Below, piece after piece: positions 9,626-21,900 of a DNA stretch of 64,000 bases (positions within the stretch are counted from its first letter, which is position 1; each line of letters opens with the position of its first letter). The stretch is from NCBI GenBank assembly GCA_001643675.2, contig LSRY02000046.1, positions 310,001-374,000 on the forward strand, read 5' to 3'. A program made the translations under genes and the position numbers. The notes beneath the pieces are model-generated. The model saw only the letters and a program-made list of their open reading frames with translations. It had not been told where the DNA came from and did not search any database. This DNA comes from Monocercomonoides exilis PA203 (lineage: Eukaryota; Protista; Preaxostyla).

Positions 9626-12600
9626 ATGTCAATTCTGAATTTCCTAAAACGCAATGATACAAAGGACCGTTTAGATGTTTCTGATCTCCCTCCATTAGAG
9701 CAGATTGCAAGATATAAAGAAGAACTTTCATCTCTGCGAGATAATGAGAAAAAATTAACAAAAGGTTTGAAAAGACATTATTTTATTGTAAAAAGAGTAT
9801 TTTGATTTGCTTATCTTTAAATTTTTATTGCTTTGCTGCTGCTTTGGTGCTGTTAAGATCTTGAAAAAAGTCAACAAAAAAATGAGAAGCTTGAAAGAGA
9901 TTTAAAGGTTCAGAAAGAGCAACTGAAAACAGCAAAAGCTGGATTTTTCCTAACGCCAAACCAACGTTCTGTTGAAGAACTTGAAAGGGCGCTGGCCCAA
10001 TCAAAAGAAGAACTGCGAGAAAAGGTATTTCTCACTTTTTATTTGTTTTTTTAACTTTTTTAAAAAAAGGAAAAAGCATTGAGGCAAAACCTTGCATCTT
10101 TATCAGAATACAATCAAGATCTTCTAAATCAAATCCAATCTCTAACAGTATGAAAAAGGATAACTAAAATTTACGCCAAAGATAAATTATATTTTTTAAG
10201 GCTGAATTAGATGCGGCGACAGGAGAAACGAAAAAAGAAAAACTATTGGACAATGCAAAATCAAGTTTAGATTCGAATAAGTCTAGTTTGGAAAACGAAA
10301 ACAAACGCTTGAAAAAAGAACTTTTACAACTTTCAGAGCAACTTGAATCACAAAAGAAAAAAGGCAATGAAACTGAATCATCTGCCGAAAAAGCAGAAGG
10401 TGATTCTTCTGCGATTTCCACTTCGCTGTTTCCCACCATAGGCGGAGGCCACGCTGTTGTAGACTCATTTTCTTCCAAGCAAGATTCACCTTTGATCTCT
10501 TCTTCATCTACGACTCCGTCTTCTCCTGCTAAAAGTTCAGATCAAAAAACAATTGTGTGAAATTTTTTCTTGCCAACTCAATGCAATTTATTTAATTAAT
10601 GATTAAATCTTTTGAATGTTTTATTTTTTTCGATTTGTTTATTCACAATATTACACTCATATTTATATAATTTTTCTAATTTAAATTATCGTTTTGAAAT
10701 GCAGTCTTTAATGAGGCAAGCTCTGCGCCAAGCAGAAATAGACAAGGCAAAGCTGCGAGCAGCATACGAGAAAGAGAAGGCAAAAAACTCCGCTTTGAAG
10801 AAGAAAGAGCAGAAAAAGGACAAACAGAGCGACAAAGATTCCGAAAATGAAGTTGGCACTCCGAAAGAGACGGATTCCTCAGGCGAAATGTGCGACAGCC
10901 CCATCAGCCGCACCGCTTCTGCCTCTCTGTTCCCAACATTTAATGCACTCAAATCTTCATCCTCATCTGCGTCTTCCTCGCTTTCCTCCTCTTCGACTGC
11001 AGACGCTGCTTCAGAATCAGAAAAGCTCACACAGGCTGACAATGAAAGAGAGAAGAGTGTGCTTCAAGAGACAGTTAAGGAGCTGACTGAGTCCAAAGTT
11101 GCAACAGAGCGCGAGAGAGATGCGCTGAGGAAGAAGCTGGCAGAGAAGGAGACCGAATGGCAATCTGTGTTAAAAACCAGGAAGGAACAGGCAGCGGGCA
11201 AAGAGGCGGAGCACCGGAAGGAGTACGACAAGGTTATCACGATGCTGATAGCAGAGAGGGAAGAGAAAGTGAAGCTGAACGATGTGATACGCGAGCTGAA
11301 CATGCGGATGACAGAGCTGACGAAGCAGCACATTGAGAGAGAAGAAGAGCAGAAGAAGCAGCAGCAGGAGGAGAAAGAAGCGTTGGAGCAGAAGCTGAAA
11401 AGTGCTGTGGAAGAAGGGAAAGAGCAGGAGGCGAAGTGGAAAGAAGAGAAAAACGGGATGCTTGCACAGATGAGCAAAGAGAGAGAGGAGCGAAAGAAGT
11501 CGAGGGAAAGAGAGAAAGCGAAAGTGGCCCAGTTTTATGAGAAGACACAAAGCGAAATGGAGCAGACGGCAAAGGAGAAGGAGCAGCTGGCGAAGGAATT
11601 AGAGACAGTGAAGGAGAATATGAGCAAGATGGAGAAGGAGCTGGCGGCTGAGAGAGAAGAGAAGGGCGGGGCTGACAAGACAGAGAGTGAGGGACTTTTG
11701 AGAGAAATAGAAAGGTTGAAAGAGGAAAAGACAAAAGCGGAGAAAGAGAAAGAAGAAATTGTTGGGAAAGAACAGCAACTCAGAGAAGAAGTGGAGCAAG
11801 TGAAGAAGCAGCTGAAAGCAGAAGTGGAAGAGAAAGAGAAAGAGAAAGAGAAGATAGACGAGGCAAAGAATGAGATGGAATCAGAAAGAAAGAGGATGAC
11901 TGAAGAGAAGGAGAAGGCGATTGCAGAGTTGAAAGGGCTGCTGGAGCAGAAAGAGCAAGAAATACGCACAATCAATGAAAAGAGACAGATGAAAGAGAAA
12001 GAAGAAGAAGAGGAAGAAAAAGCTAGGAAAGAGAAGAGTGAGGAAGTGGAAAAGATGAAGGGCAGCCTGAGAGATTTGACAGAGCAACTTGAAAAGGAGA
12101 AGAAACACAATTCAGAAATAAGTGAGCAGCTGAAAGGAGAAATACAGAGAGAGAAAGAGAAAAGAGAGAAAGAAGAGGAGGTGAAGGAGAAGCTGAGGGA
12201 AGAAGTTGAAAGGATCAGAAAAGAGAAAGAAGATGAACTGAAAGAGGAAATTAGCGCGAAGGAAAAGATTGAGGCGCAATTGAAGGAAATGGAAGAAGAA
12301 AGATGCGAGTTGGAAGCAAAGAGAAAAGTAGAGGAAGAAAAAAGAAGACAAGAAATAAGCAGTTTGCACACAGAAATCGAATCTTTGAAGGAAAAAGAGG
12401 AACATTACAGAACTGTTGAAAGAGAAAGCGAAGAAAACAAAGCAAAACAAAATGAATTGCAGAAGCAGTTAGAAGAGCTGAGGAAGAAGACAGAGAAAGA
12501 GAGAGAGAAGAAGAATGCAGACGAAAAGCGAAAGAAAGCCGAAGTTGAAGAGCGCTTGCAACAGCATCAGCAGAAGCTGGCTAAACTTCAGCAAGAAAAT

Positions 12601-15600
12601 GCAGAGCTGAAGAGAAAAGAAGAGAATTTGGCGAAGAATTGCGAGGCGAAACAGAAGCAGCTGAAGGAAAATGAAGCGAAATACCAACAAAATACGAAGC
12701 AAATGCAACAGTCGTTTGACAAAGAAAAAGAGGAGCTGAACAGAAAACTTGCTGAAAAGGAGGAAAAATCAAAGGAGATGATTGGCAAAGAGAAAGAGAA
12801 AGGAGTAGCACTTGAGAATGAAGTGGCTTCAATGAAGATGCAAATTGAAGAGTTAAATGTCAAAATCAGAGAGGAAAACGAACTGCAAGCGAAGGAGAAA
12901 GCGAAAGAGGAAGAAGAGAAGAAGATGAATGAAGCAAACTGGCAACGAATTGTGAGTGAAAACAACGAAAAGCACAAGAAAGAGATGGAGCAGATGGAAC
13001 AACATCACAAAAACACACTGGAAACATTGCAGAAAGAGAAGGAGAACGAGAAAAAGCGTCTGATTGAAGGCAATCAGACTAAAGAGAGCGAAAGAGAGAA
13101 GAGAGAAGCAGAATTGAAGGAGGAGATTAAGAAGCTGAGGGAAAGCGGAGAAAGTGAGAGGGAGAAGATGACAGAAAACGAGCAGAAAATGAAAGAGGAG
13201 CTGAGGATGCTGCAGACGATGCTGGTGAAATTGGAGGAGGAGAAGAAAGAAGAGCGGGAAAGAATAGAGAAAGAGCAAGTGGCTGCACAAAATGAGGAGG
13301 AGAAGGATGCTGAGAGTGAGAGAGAGAGGAAAAAGATGGAAGAGGAAATGAACTCGAAGGAGCAGAAGATATTGCAGCTGATGGGGCTGCTGAAGGAGAA
13401 AGACGAAAAAATCAACAGCTTGGATGAGGAAGTGAGGAAGGAAAAGAAGGAGAAGAGAGAAAAGGAGAAGAGGAGAGAAGAGGAAGAGGAAGAGAGAAGG
13501 GAGCAGCAGAGGAAGAGAGAGGAAGAGGCGAAGAGAGAAGAAGAAGCCAAATTGAGTCTGATGGCAGAGAACTCGAAGATGAAAGAGGAAAAAGGCAGGA
13601 TGAGGAAGGAGATAAGAGATAAAGAGGAGATGATCCAGAAGCTGAGAGAGGAAGCAGAGAAGCAAGAGAATGATCGAAAGAAAGAGCAAGAAGCAAAAGC
13701 GAAGCTGAACGAAGAGAGCAAAAAGGAGAGAGAGAAAGTCAGAAAGCAGAATGTGGAGCTGGAGAAGGAGAGGGCGAGGAGAGGAGAGCTGGAAAAGCAG
13801 GTGAGTGTGCTTCAAGTGCAGATTGAAGAGAACGAACAGAAGAGGAAAGAGGAAGAGGAGAGAAACAAGCGTGCGATGGAAAATGACAGAAAAGAATTTG
13901 CGATGAAAGAGAATGAAATGAAAGAAGAGCTGAGCAAATTGAAAGCAGCAGCACAAAAAGACCAAAACAGAATAAAACAGTTTGAAGAGAACAAGAAGAG
14001 AGAGGCAGAGAAGGAAAAGAAAAGGAAAGAAGAGGAGCGAAAGAAAGAGGAGGAAGCAGAGAAGGAGAAAGCGGATGCGATTCAGAGGCATGCGAAAGAG
14101 CTGGAAGAAGAACGAAGTTTGAGAGAAGCAAAAGAAAAAGAGAACAGCAATTTGAACGAGCTGGTCAAAGAACTGGAAAGAAAAGAGGAAGAAATGCTGA
14201 AAGAGAGAGAAATCGAAAACAACAAGCTGAAAGAAGAAGAAGAGAGAGGGAAAAAAGCAGAAGAAAAGTGCAATGAGCAACAGAGGTTGATAAATGAATT
14301 GAATGCCAAAATGAAAGAATTTGAAAGAGAGAAGGAGAGAGAGAAAGAAGAAGCAGCAGAGAACAACAGATTGAGAGACGAAAAGATTGCATCACAACTG
14401 GATATGATTGAACAGCTGAAAGTGAGTGTTGAAGAGAAAGAGAAAGAGATGGACTCTCTGAAACAAGAGCAAAAGGCGAAAGAAGCAGAAGCAGAAGAAA
14501 AGCAGTCAAAACAGATGGAAGCAATGAATGCTCAACTGAGCACACTTCAAGAAGACAAAAGAAAATTGCAAACGCAAATTGAGGAATTGAAGATGCAGAT
14601 GAAGAAAAGGAGTGAAGATGATGCGATCAGGAAAAAAGAAGAGGAGGAAGAGAAGGAGAAGGAGAGAGAAAGCAGAGAGAAAGAGATGAAGAACAAGGCG
14701 ATGAGGATTTCTGAGCTGGAGGAAGAGATAAGGAAGGAAAGAGAGGAAAGGGCAGAGAAGGAAGAGGAGGCGAATGAGAAGCTGAACGAGAAGGAAAAGC
14801 AGATTGTGCTGTTGAACGACGAGCTGAACAGTCTGATTGAAGAGATGAGCCAGAGGAGGGAGAAGGAGGAGCTGAACGAGCGGATTCGGAGGGAAGAGAG
14901 AGAGAAGGAGCTGATCAGCGAGGAGAAGTGGAACAGCGAAAGAGAAGAAGACCGAAGAACGATTGAGGAGCTGAGGAAGGAGAAGCAGAAGCTGGAAAAG
15001 AGGGTGGAGAAAGAGACGAGAGCGACGTTGGATGCGAAGAAAGAGAAGGAAGAAGCATGCAGCTTGCTGGCAGCCAGCCACGAAAAGGAAAAAGCCGAGC
15101 TGACAAAGGAACTCAACAGAGAGAAAGAAGAGAATGCAAAAAGAGAGGAGGAGATGAGGAAGAAGAGCGATGAGGAAAGGAAAAAAAGAGACGCTGAGCA
15201 TCGAGAGGCACTCAAAGCAGAGAAAAAGAAACGAAATCAGGAAATCCAGGCGCTGATGAAGAGCAACGAAGAGAAGGTTTGGAGCAAGGCTTATGGGATG
15301 CGACAAAACAGAATTATTTGCTTCACTCTTATCATTTGAAATATTCTTCTTTCTTTCTTTCTCTCTTTCTCTTTTTATTTTTTTAATTCAATTTGCGTAT
15401 ATTCTGTTATTTTCTTTCTCTCTCTCTCTCTCTCTGTGTGACCTTTTCTTTCAGATGAAGAACATCAACGATGAGCTGTCTCAGCTGCGAAATGCGCTGT
15501 CGTCATCAGAAAAAGAGCGCACGCTGCTTGTCAAGAACAGCCAGAGAGACAAAAGCGAGTGGGAGAAGACAGAGCAGTCGCTGACCGAGCAGATTGTGCT

Positions 15601-17237
15601 GCTGATATCGAAGAAGGAGAGCCTGGAGGAGAAGGCGAAGACAGACAAGGAGAAGATGGAGGAGGCGCTGCAGAAGGAGAAGGAAGAGAGGAAGAGAGAG
15701 AAAGAAGAGCGAGAGAGCGAGAAGAGCAGAGACAGGACACAGTTTGAGAGAGAGGTGGAGGAGTGGAAGCAGCGTGTGGATGCGAAGACGAAAGTGGCGA
15801 TGCAGACAGAAAAGGAGCTGAGGGAAAGCGAAGAGCAGCTTCGGGCGCTGAGGGAGAAGGAGAAAGAGATGGCGAGAACGATTGAAGACAGCAGGAACAC
15901 GATCAGCACAATCACAGAGAGAGAGAGAAGAGAGATCGAAGAACACAACACAGCGATGAAGGAGAAAGAGGAGGCGTGCGAATCCCTCAGGCGGGAGCTG
16001 AGCGAGGCAGAGGCGAAGACGAGAGAAAAGGCAGAGCTGCTGAGCTCGAACACAACGCTGTTTGCAGCGAAGGAGAAGGAGCTGAATGGGAAAGTGGAAA
16101 GGTGGATGAAGTTTGCAGAGAAGAAGGACACGCTGGCGAGCCAGCTGAAGGAAGAGGCAAAGAGCAAGGGTCAGGAGATTGTGCAGCTGCAGGAGCGAGA
16201 GAAGCAGAGTGCGGAAAGGGAGCGGAGGCTGGCTGAGGAGAAAGAGGAGAAAGAGAAGGTAATTGCTAGGCTGAACGAGGAGCTGATGCGGATGGGTGTA
16301 CTGGAGAAAGCACTGAGGCTGTGTGAAGAGCGGAACGAGATGATGCTGAACGACCTGCAGACACGAGAAGAGCACTTCTTCCTGTGCAGCCGGGAAAAGC
16401 ACATTTTGCACGAGGACTATTCGCAGCTGAAGGTGGAAATGGGGCTGCAGCAAAAGAAGACAGAGCAGAAGATCAGGGATTTGCAGCGGATTATCGAAGG
16501 GCAAGAGCGGGAAAGAGAGAAAGAAAGGGAAAAAGAACGAGAACGAGAGCGAGAACGAGAACGGTCGATAACTCCTTCGCTCACTCCGATTCTTCCCGCT
16601 TCGTCGAACAAAAGCAAGTCCAACCCGTTTTCTTCCATCTCAGTTTCCTCTCCTTCTTTTTCTTCTCGCAATTCATCGCCATCGCCATCACAATCACAAT
16701 CATCCTCATCCTCATCATCATCTTCAACTCCCACTTCGCATTTCCACCCGTCTTCCTCCACAAACTCTCTGTCCTCTCTTTCCTCCTCCTCCTCTTCTTC
16801 CTTCTCTTCCTCTTCTTCCTCTTCGTTGTCTGCCACTTCAGCGCAAACACAACACACTTCAAACTGCCGAACGTGTGCCTCGCTCACTTCGCAAATATCC
16901 TCTCTACAGTTTGACATCGACCAGCTCAAACACGAAAACGAGTCACTTCGCAAGGTCGTTGCGTCGCATTCAAAAGGAACATCAAAGGTTTGGTTGCGGT
17001 GCAATTCTTCTTCTCTGGCATTTTGGTTGACGTGCTGTGAATTTTTCACAAATCTTTTTTTTTTAATTTTTATTTATTTTTTTTCAATAGGATGCTCCGC
17101 TTCGCCAGATGCAAGAACTGTATCAGGAAAGCCTCGAACGATCGCTTCAGCTTCAGGACGATGTTGAAACACTCGGAAATGTTGTTGAAAAATTAACAGC
17201 AGAATTGAATCAGCTCAGAGGGGTTTCGAAAAAATGA
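9626..17237 (+). CDS. Very long Glu/Lys-rich coiled-coil protein, ~2329 aa, 7 exons; C-terminus resembles TMF/Sgm1 golgin
   Basis: Frame-consistent GT-AG model: exons 9626-9764, 9858-10024, 10070-10147, 10201-10554, 10705-15276, 15455-16987, 17091-17237. It joins ORF-track pieces 10246, 10612 and 15293. Heptad E/K/R content throughout, a Ser-rich linker, then a terminal coiled coil. Confidence 0.8.
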
Positions 17238-18907
17238 GGGCACCGTTTTTGAGAGAAATCTGTTTTATTGAAGCATTTCATCACCACTCCATAACATTGG
17301 TCGCAATCGATCAACTGTTTCGTTTTTGTTTGGGGGAATAGAAAAATTGCACGGGCAGCAATTATCATAAGATATTTCAAGCTGCCTTCAAATTGAAATG
17401 TTTATGTTTTGGTATTTGATCTCAATTTTGAAAAGATTTCTTTGTCAATTCCAAGAAAAGTGAGCAAATAATTGTTAACAAAACCAGCGTGAATGAGTTT
17501 GAATATAAAAAAAGAAAGCTTGGAGAAGGTGAGGGCGTGCCTTGTTTTGTGTTGCCTGCTGAAAAGGCACATTTTAAAACATTTAGCGAGTCTTTGTGGA
17601 TATGCCGCCTCTGGACAGCGCGGAGCAGACTGCACAAGAAAGAGTGAATGTATGCTGACTTTTTCCCCCCAGAAATGTTTCTGTGCATTTTATGCCTTTG
17701 CAGGTTATTTTTCGGCCAGATGCAAAATACGAGCGGCACACGCAGGTGGAAGAGCCGAAAATGGAGGACATGTTTGCTGCAACATTTTTGAATTGACTTT
17801 TTTTGAATGGTTGTCTATTGTCATGCAACGCCCAAATCATTTGAAAAAAAATTTTTTTTATGAAATTCACAAAATAATATTCACTGCACAACATGTGATG
17901 GGATCATTGGAATGAACTGCACACAGATCTCTGCCTAAGCTTTATGCAGCTTCTGGATGTCTTTCAGCAGCAAGCTTCTGTGCGGCAACTGCTCAGCTGG
18001 TTGGGGATGTTCCGTTTCACGAGATATTTCTGAGCTATCCAAGGGAAAGCTGAGCAAGACCTTTTGGCGCAGCGAGTGCCATTGCTTGAGAATCTCTGGC
18101 TCAAGAGTTTATGATAAATGATGTTGCACAGGAAGTGGAAAGAAAGAGCGAAGCAAATGTAATTCAATAGAAAAAGATGTATTTTTTATCAACAATGAAT
18201 TGCTGAACAAATGGAACTAAAATTTGGAAGAATCTGTTTGCTTGTTTGATTTGTTATCTTTTTTATTTGTTCTTTAAAATTATGTGCGAATGTATTTTTG
18301 CATTCATTTTTTCCTTTCTTTTGTGAAGTATTGATTTTAGGATTTGATGATTGCAAAGAAAAGGATGATAAACCATTGACGGAAAGGATTGCTGCTGGAA
18401 TGCATTTGCATGATATATTTCAACATGCTTTGGCTGATATCAAGCGAAAGACGGCTTTGAAGAAGGTGCAGCGGATGAGAGGAGACACATATGAATGGCG
18501 CTTCCTTTTTTTTTTCCACCATTGAACACAGCCGGATAATTGAAGAGAAAGAAGTATGTCTGATTTGATGATTTTTGTGGTTGATTGATAATCGTACATG
18601 CTGATAAGTGAATTTTCATTTTCGCTTTCATCTTCGTTTTTCAAAAGCTTGCAAAATTTTTCACAAAGCTCTCACATTTTTCAATGGTTATATTTTATTT
18701 CTTTTTCTTTTCTGCTTTGCTTGTTTTTCTTTTTTTTTTTCAATATATATATATATATATATTTAAAATATTTTTTGTGCTTCGAGAGAAAATAAAACCT
18801 TTTTACACTTCATTCACTATTTTTTAATTATGGATTTTGATAAAAATATTATATGAAGATCACAGAAAGAAAAGAAAAAATTTGAATTCAAAAAGTGAAC
18901 AAAAGGT

Positions 18908-21900
18908 GATGCGCCTTAGCTCAGGAAAGAATGCAAGAATGCTCTGTTTGCTGCTTCTGGTGATAATAGCTGGATGCGAAAGGAAGAGGAGTGTGTCAGA
19001 AAGAGCAGAAAATGAGAAAAGGGCCAGCATTGGAAGAAAGGAGTTTTGCTGCGCAAAACGGGTTGAAGGCGAAAAAGAAGAAATATCAAAGAGGCGCTTT
19101 GAGAAGGAGAAGGAGAAATTGGAAATGTGCGAAGGAAATGTGGCAGAAAAAGAGAAAAAAGACTTTTTTGAAATATCGAAAGAACAAAAGGCAAAGATCA
19201 ATGGAGAATTCGGAAAGGGAAATGAAGACATTTGTGCAATAAATGGCTTTGCAATATTTTTGGGAAAGGAGATGAATGGAAAAAGTCAGATTTGCACATG
19301 CACATTTGTTGTGAATTCATCTGTTTCAATGAGCGATGTGCAGATTTGTGGAGTGAAAGAGTTATTCTTGTTTGAAATTGAAGAAAAGTCTGAGTTGGCG
19401 CTGATGAATGCAGAAGTTGCAGTTTTATCGTCCGATGTTTCTCCATTTAGAATTTTTGGGGGAAGGGTGCTTTTGGTGAATATCAGCACGAGAGCAGGAA
19501 ATGTTTGTGGGAAGATGCCATCTTTGTTTGATCGTCCAAGGAATGTGGAACAAGAGGGATTTGATGGAGAAGTGAGTATGGCAGACTGTTTGTTTGGCTC
19601 GTTGAGATTGGGAACTGGAGCTCCATTCCTTGTTGGGGGAACAGTGGGAACTTTGGAAGTGAGCCAGACGAGATTTGAAAATATCACTGGAGAGGGTTGG
19701 CAGAAAGGCAGGCAAGGAGATTGGCATGGATGTGAAACAACAATGAGGAGTGTTGTTTTTGTGAATGTTGATGATGTGGTTGATGGAGCGATAACAGAAT
19801 CAATAAATGAGCCTTCATCGTTTCTGTTGTCGTTCAACTGCTCTTTTGAGCATTGCATGCGGAAGTCAAACAAATATGCAGATTACAAGGGAGAAGATGG
19901 AAGGATTGTTGTTGGAGGATCTGCATCGTTTGAGGATGACACATTCACAGGATGCCGAGCGGACGAGGGCAACGGAGGGGCGCTGTTTGTCAACTCATCT
20001 GAAGTGTCGCTGTACGTGATGCGATGCAGTTTCACAAGCTGTTATGCGCCGAATGGAGGAGCAATTGCGGAATTGCTTGTAAGAAATTCTGAAATATCTG
20101 AAACACTGTTCATTAACAACTCGGCAAAAACTGCAGGATGCATTCAAAAGACACGAAATTTTGGCTGTTTTATACTTCAAAGGTGCTTGTTAAAGAATCC
20201 AGTAGCCACCGCAGGCGATGGGAGCGCAATAAATTGGAATGGGGATTATTCTCAATTGTCTTTTGAGTGTTTAGGATCAAATGATGGAAATGGAGGACAA
20301 GCACAAATTATTGATTGTCAATTTGTGAATTGCACAAACAATGGTTATCATGGTGCAATTCAGTCATGGTCATACAAAACATATTTTGCAATGAGAAGTT
20401 GCCAGTTTGTGAAATGCACGAGTGCAAGAGAAGGCGGAGCAATTCGCCATCATTTTGTTGTCTATTCTGGTGACCAATCAAGCATTACAGCATTTTTCTT
20501 TTTATTTTTCCACGAATGTTCTTGCACAAGTATTGAAAGTCCTCTTGGACATGATATGTGCATTCTTCAATCATATCCAGAAGTGAATATCACTTCATGC
20601 CCACTGAAGGAATGTTATTCCACAAACACTGACGAAAAACGGTTATATTGGGCTGGAACTGGAAAATACGAAAGTGACTGGCTACCAACATCGAAAGTTC
20701 AGATTACAAGCTGTTTTGTTGCAACAAATGGGAATGATGCGGAGCAATTATGTGGATTGAAGGAAGAAGCAGGGTGCCGAACAATTAGGCATTCGTTTGG
20801 AAAGTGCATGACACAGTTTGAGGCGAAGATATATGTTGGAAGCGGAAAGCACTTGTCTGAGGAAGGAGAAATCGGAGTTGGTAGTCGATGTGTTTGTGTG
20901 TGCGGAGAGGGTGTGGATAAGACAGTTATCAGCACTGGGAAGATGACAAGCGGAAGAAGCCTGTTTTGTGTGGGAAGTGGAAGCATGCGATTGAGATCGT
21001 TGGCGATTGAGCATTCGCATGCCAAGATGAGGATTGGAGTGGTATTGATCAATGGAGGAGGGAAAGTGGAGATGAGGCGGATGGAAGTGCGAGGATCTGA
21101 ATGGAGTTCTGGAATGAGTGGATTTGAAGTGGGTCTGTTTGGAATAGAAGCTGGAGGTGGGGAGTTGGAGATGGAACATGTTGTGGTTTCTGGGGTGTTC
21201 ATGGGAAATGTTGGAGTTCTGGGGCAGGAGTGCGGGTCAAAGGTGAATTTGTCGAATGTGGAGTTTTTGAATGTTGCTCGGCTGGAGGGAGACGGGAGCG
21301 TGATGTCTCGAGTGTTGTGTTTTGAAGAAGAGCTTGAAATAACAAATGTGACGATGAGGAGGTGCGGATGTGAGAGCGGGGATGGAGGAGGGATGAGAGT
21401 GGAAATGGGAACAGGATCGAAAGTGAGAATTGGGAAGGGGATGGAAACGGTGTTTGAGGAGTGCAGAGCAAGCAAGGGAGGAAGTGGAGGAGGCCATGGG
21501 GGAGGAGTGATTCTGGAGCTGAAGGAAGGAGCAGAAGACTTTGTGCTGGAAAAAGTGAGGTTTTCAGGGTGCAGTGCGAGTGTGGGAGGGACGATGGTGT
21601 TTATAAAGGCACGCAAGCTGAAAGAAGTGGTGAGCCGAGAGCGGCTGAAGTTCCAGGCTGACGAATGGAATCTGACCGATCTGTGTGGGTTTGAAGGCAG
21701 CGACGAAGAGAATGTGATCCCGTTGGTTGTGTATCTTCGGGAGAAGCCTTTGGAATACTTTGTTGGGGGAACAAACAAAAAGGACTGGGAGATGTGTGGG
21801 TTTGTGGACATGCAGTGCATGAGTGTGGACTATGCGATTGAGACGCATGGGAGTGCGTCTGGGGTAACAGTTGTGGCGAGCCATGGGGCAGTGCTGAAGA

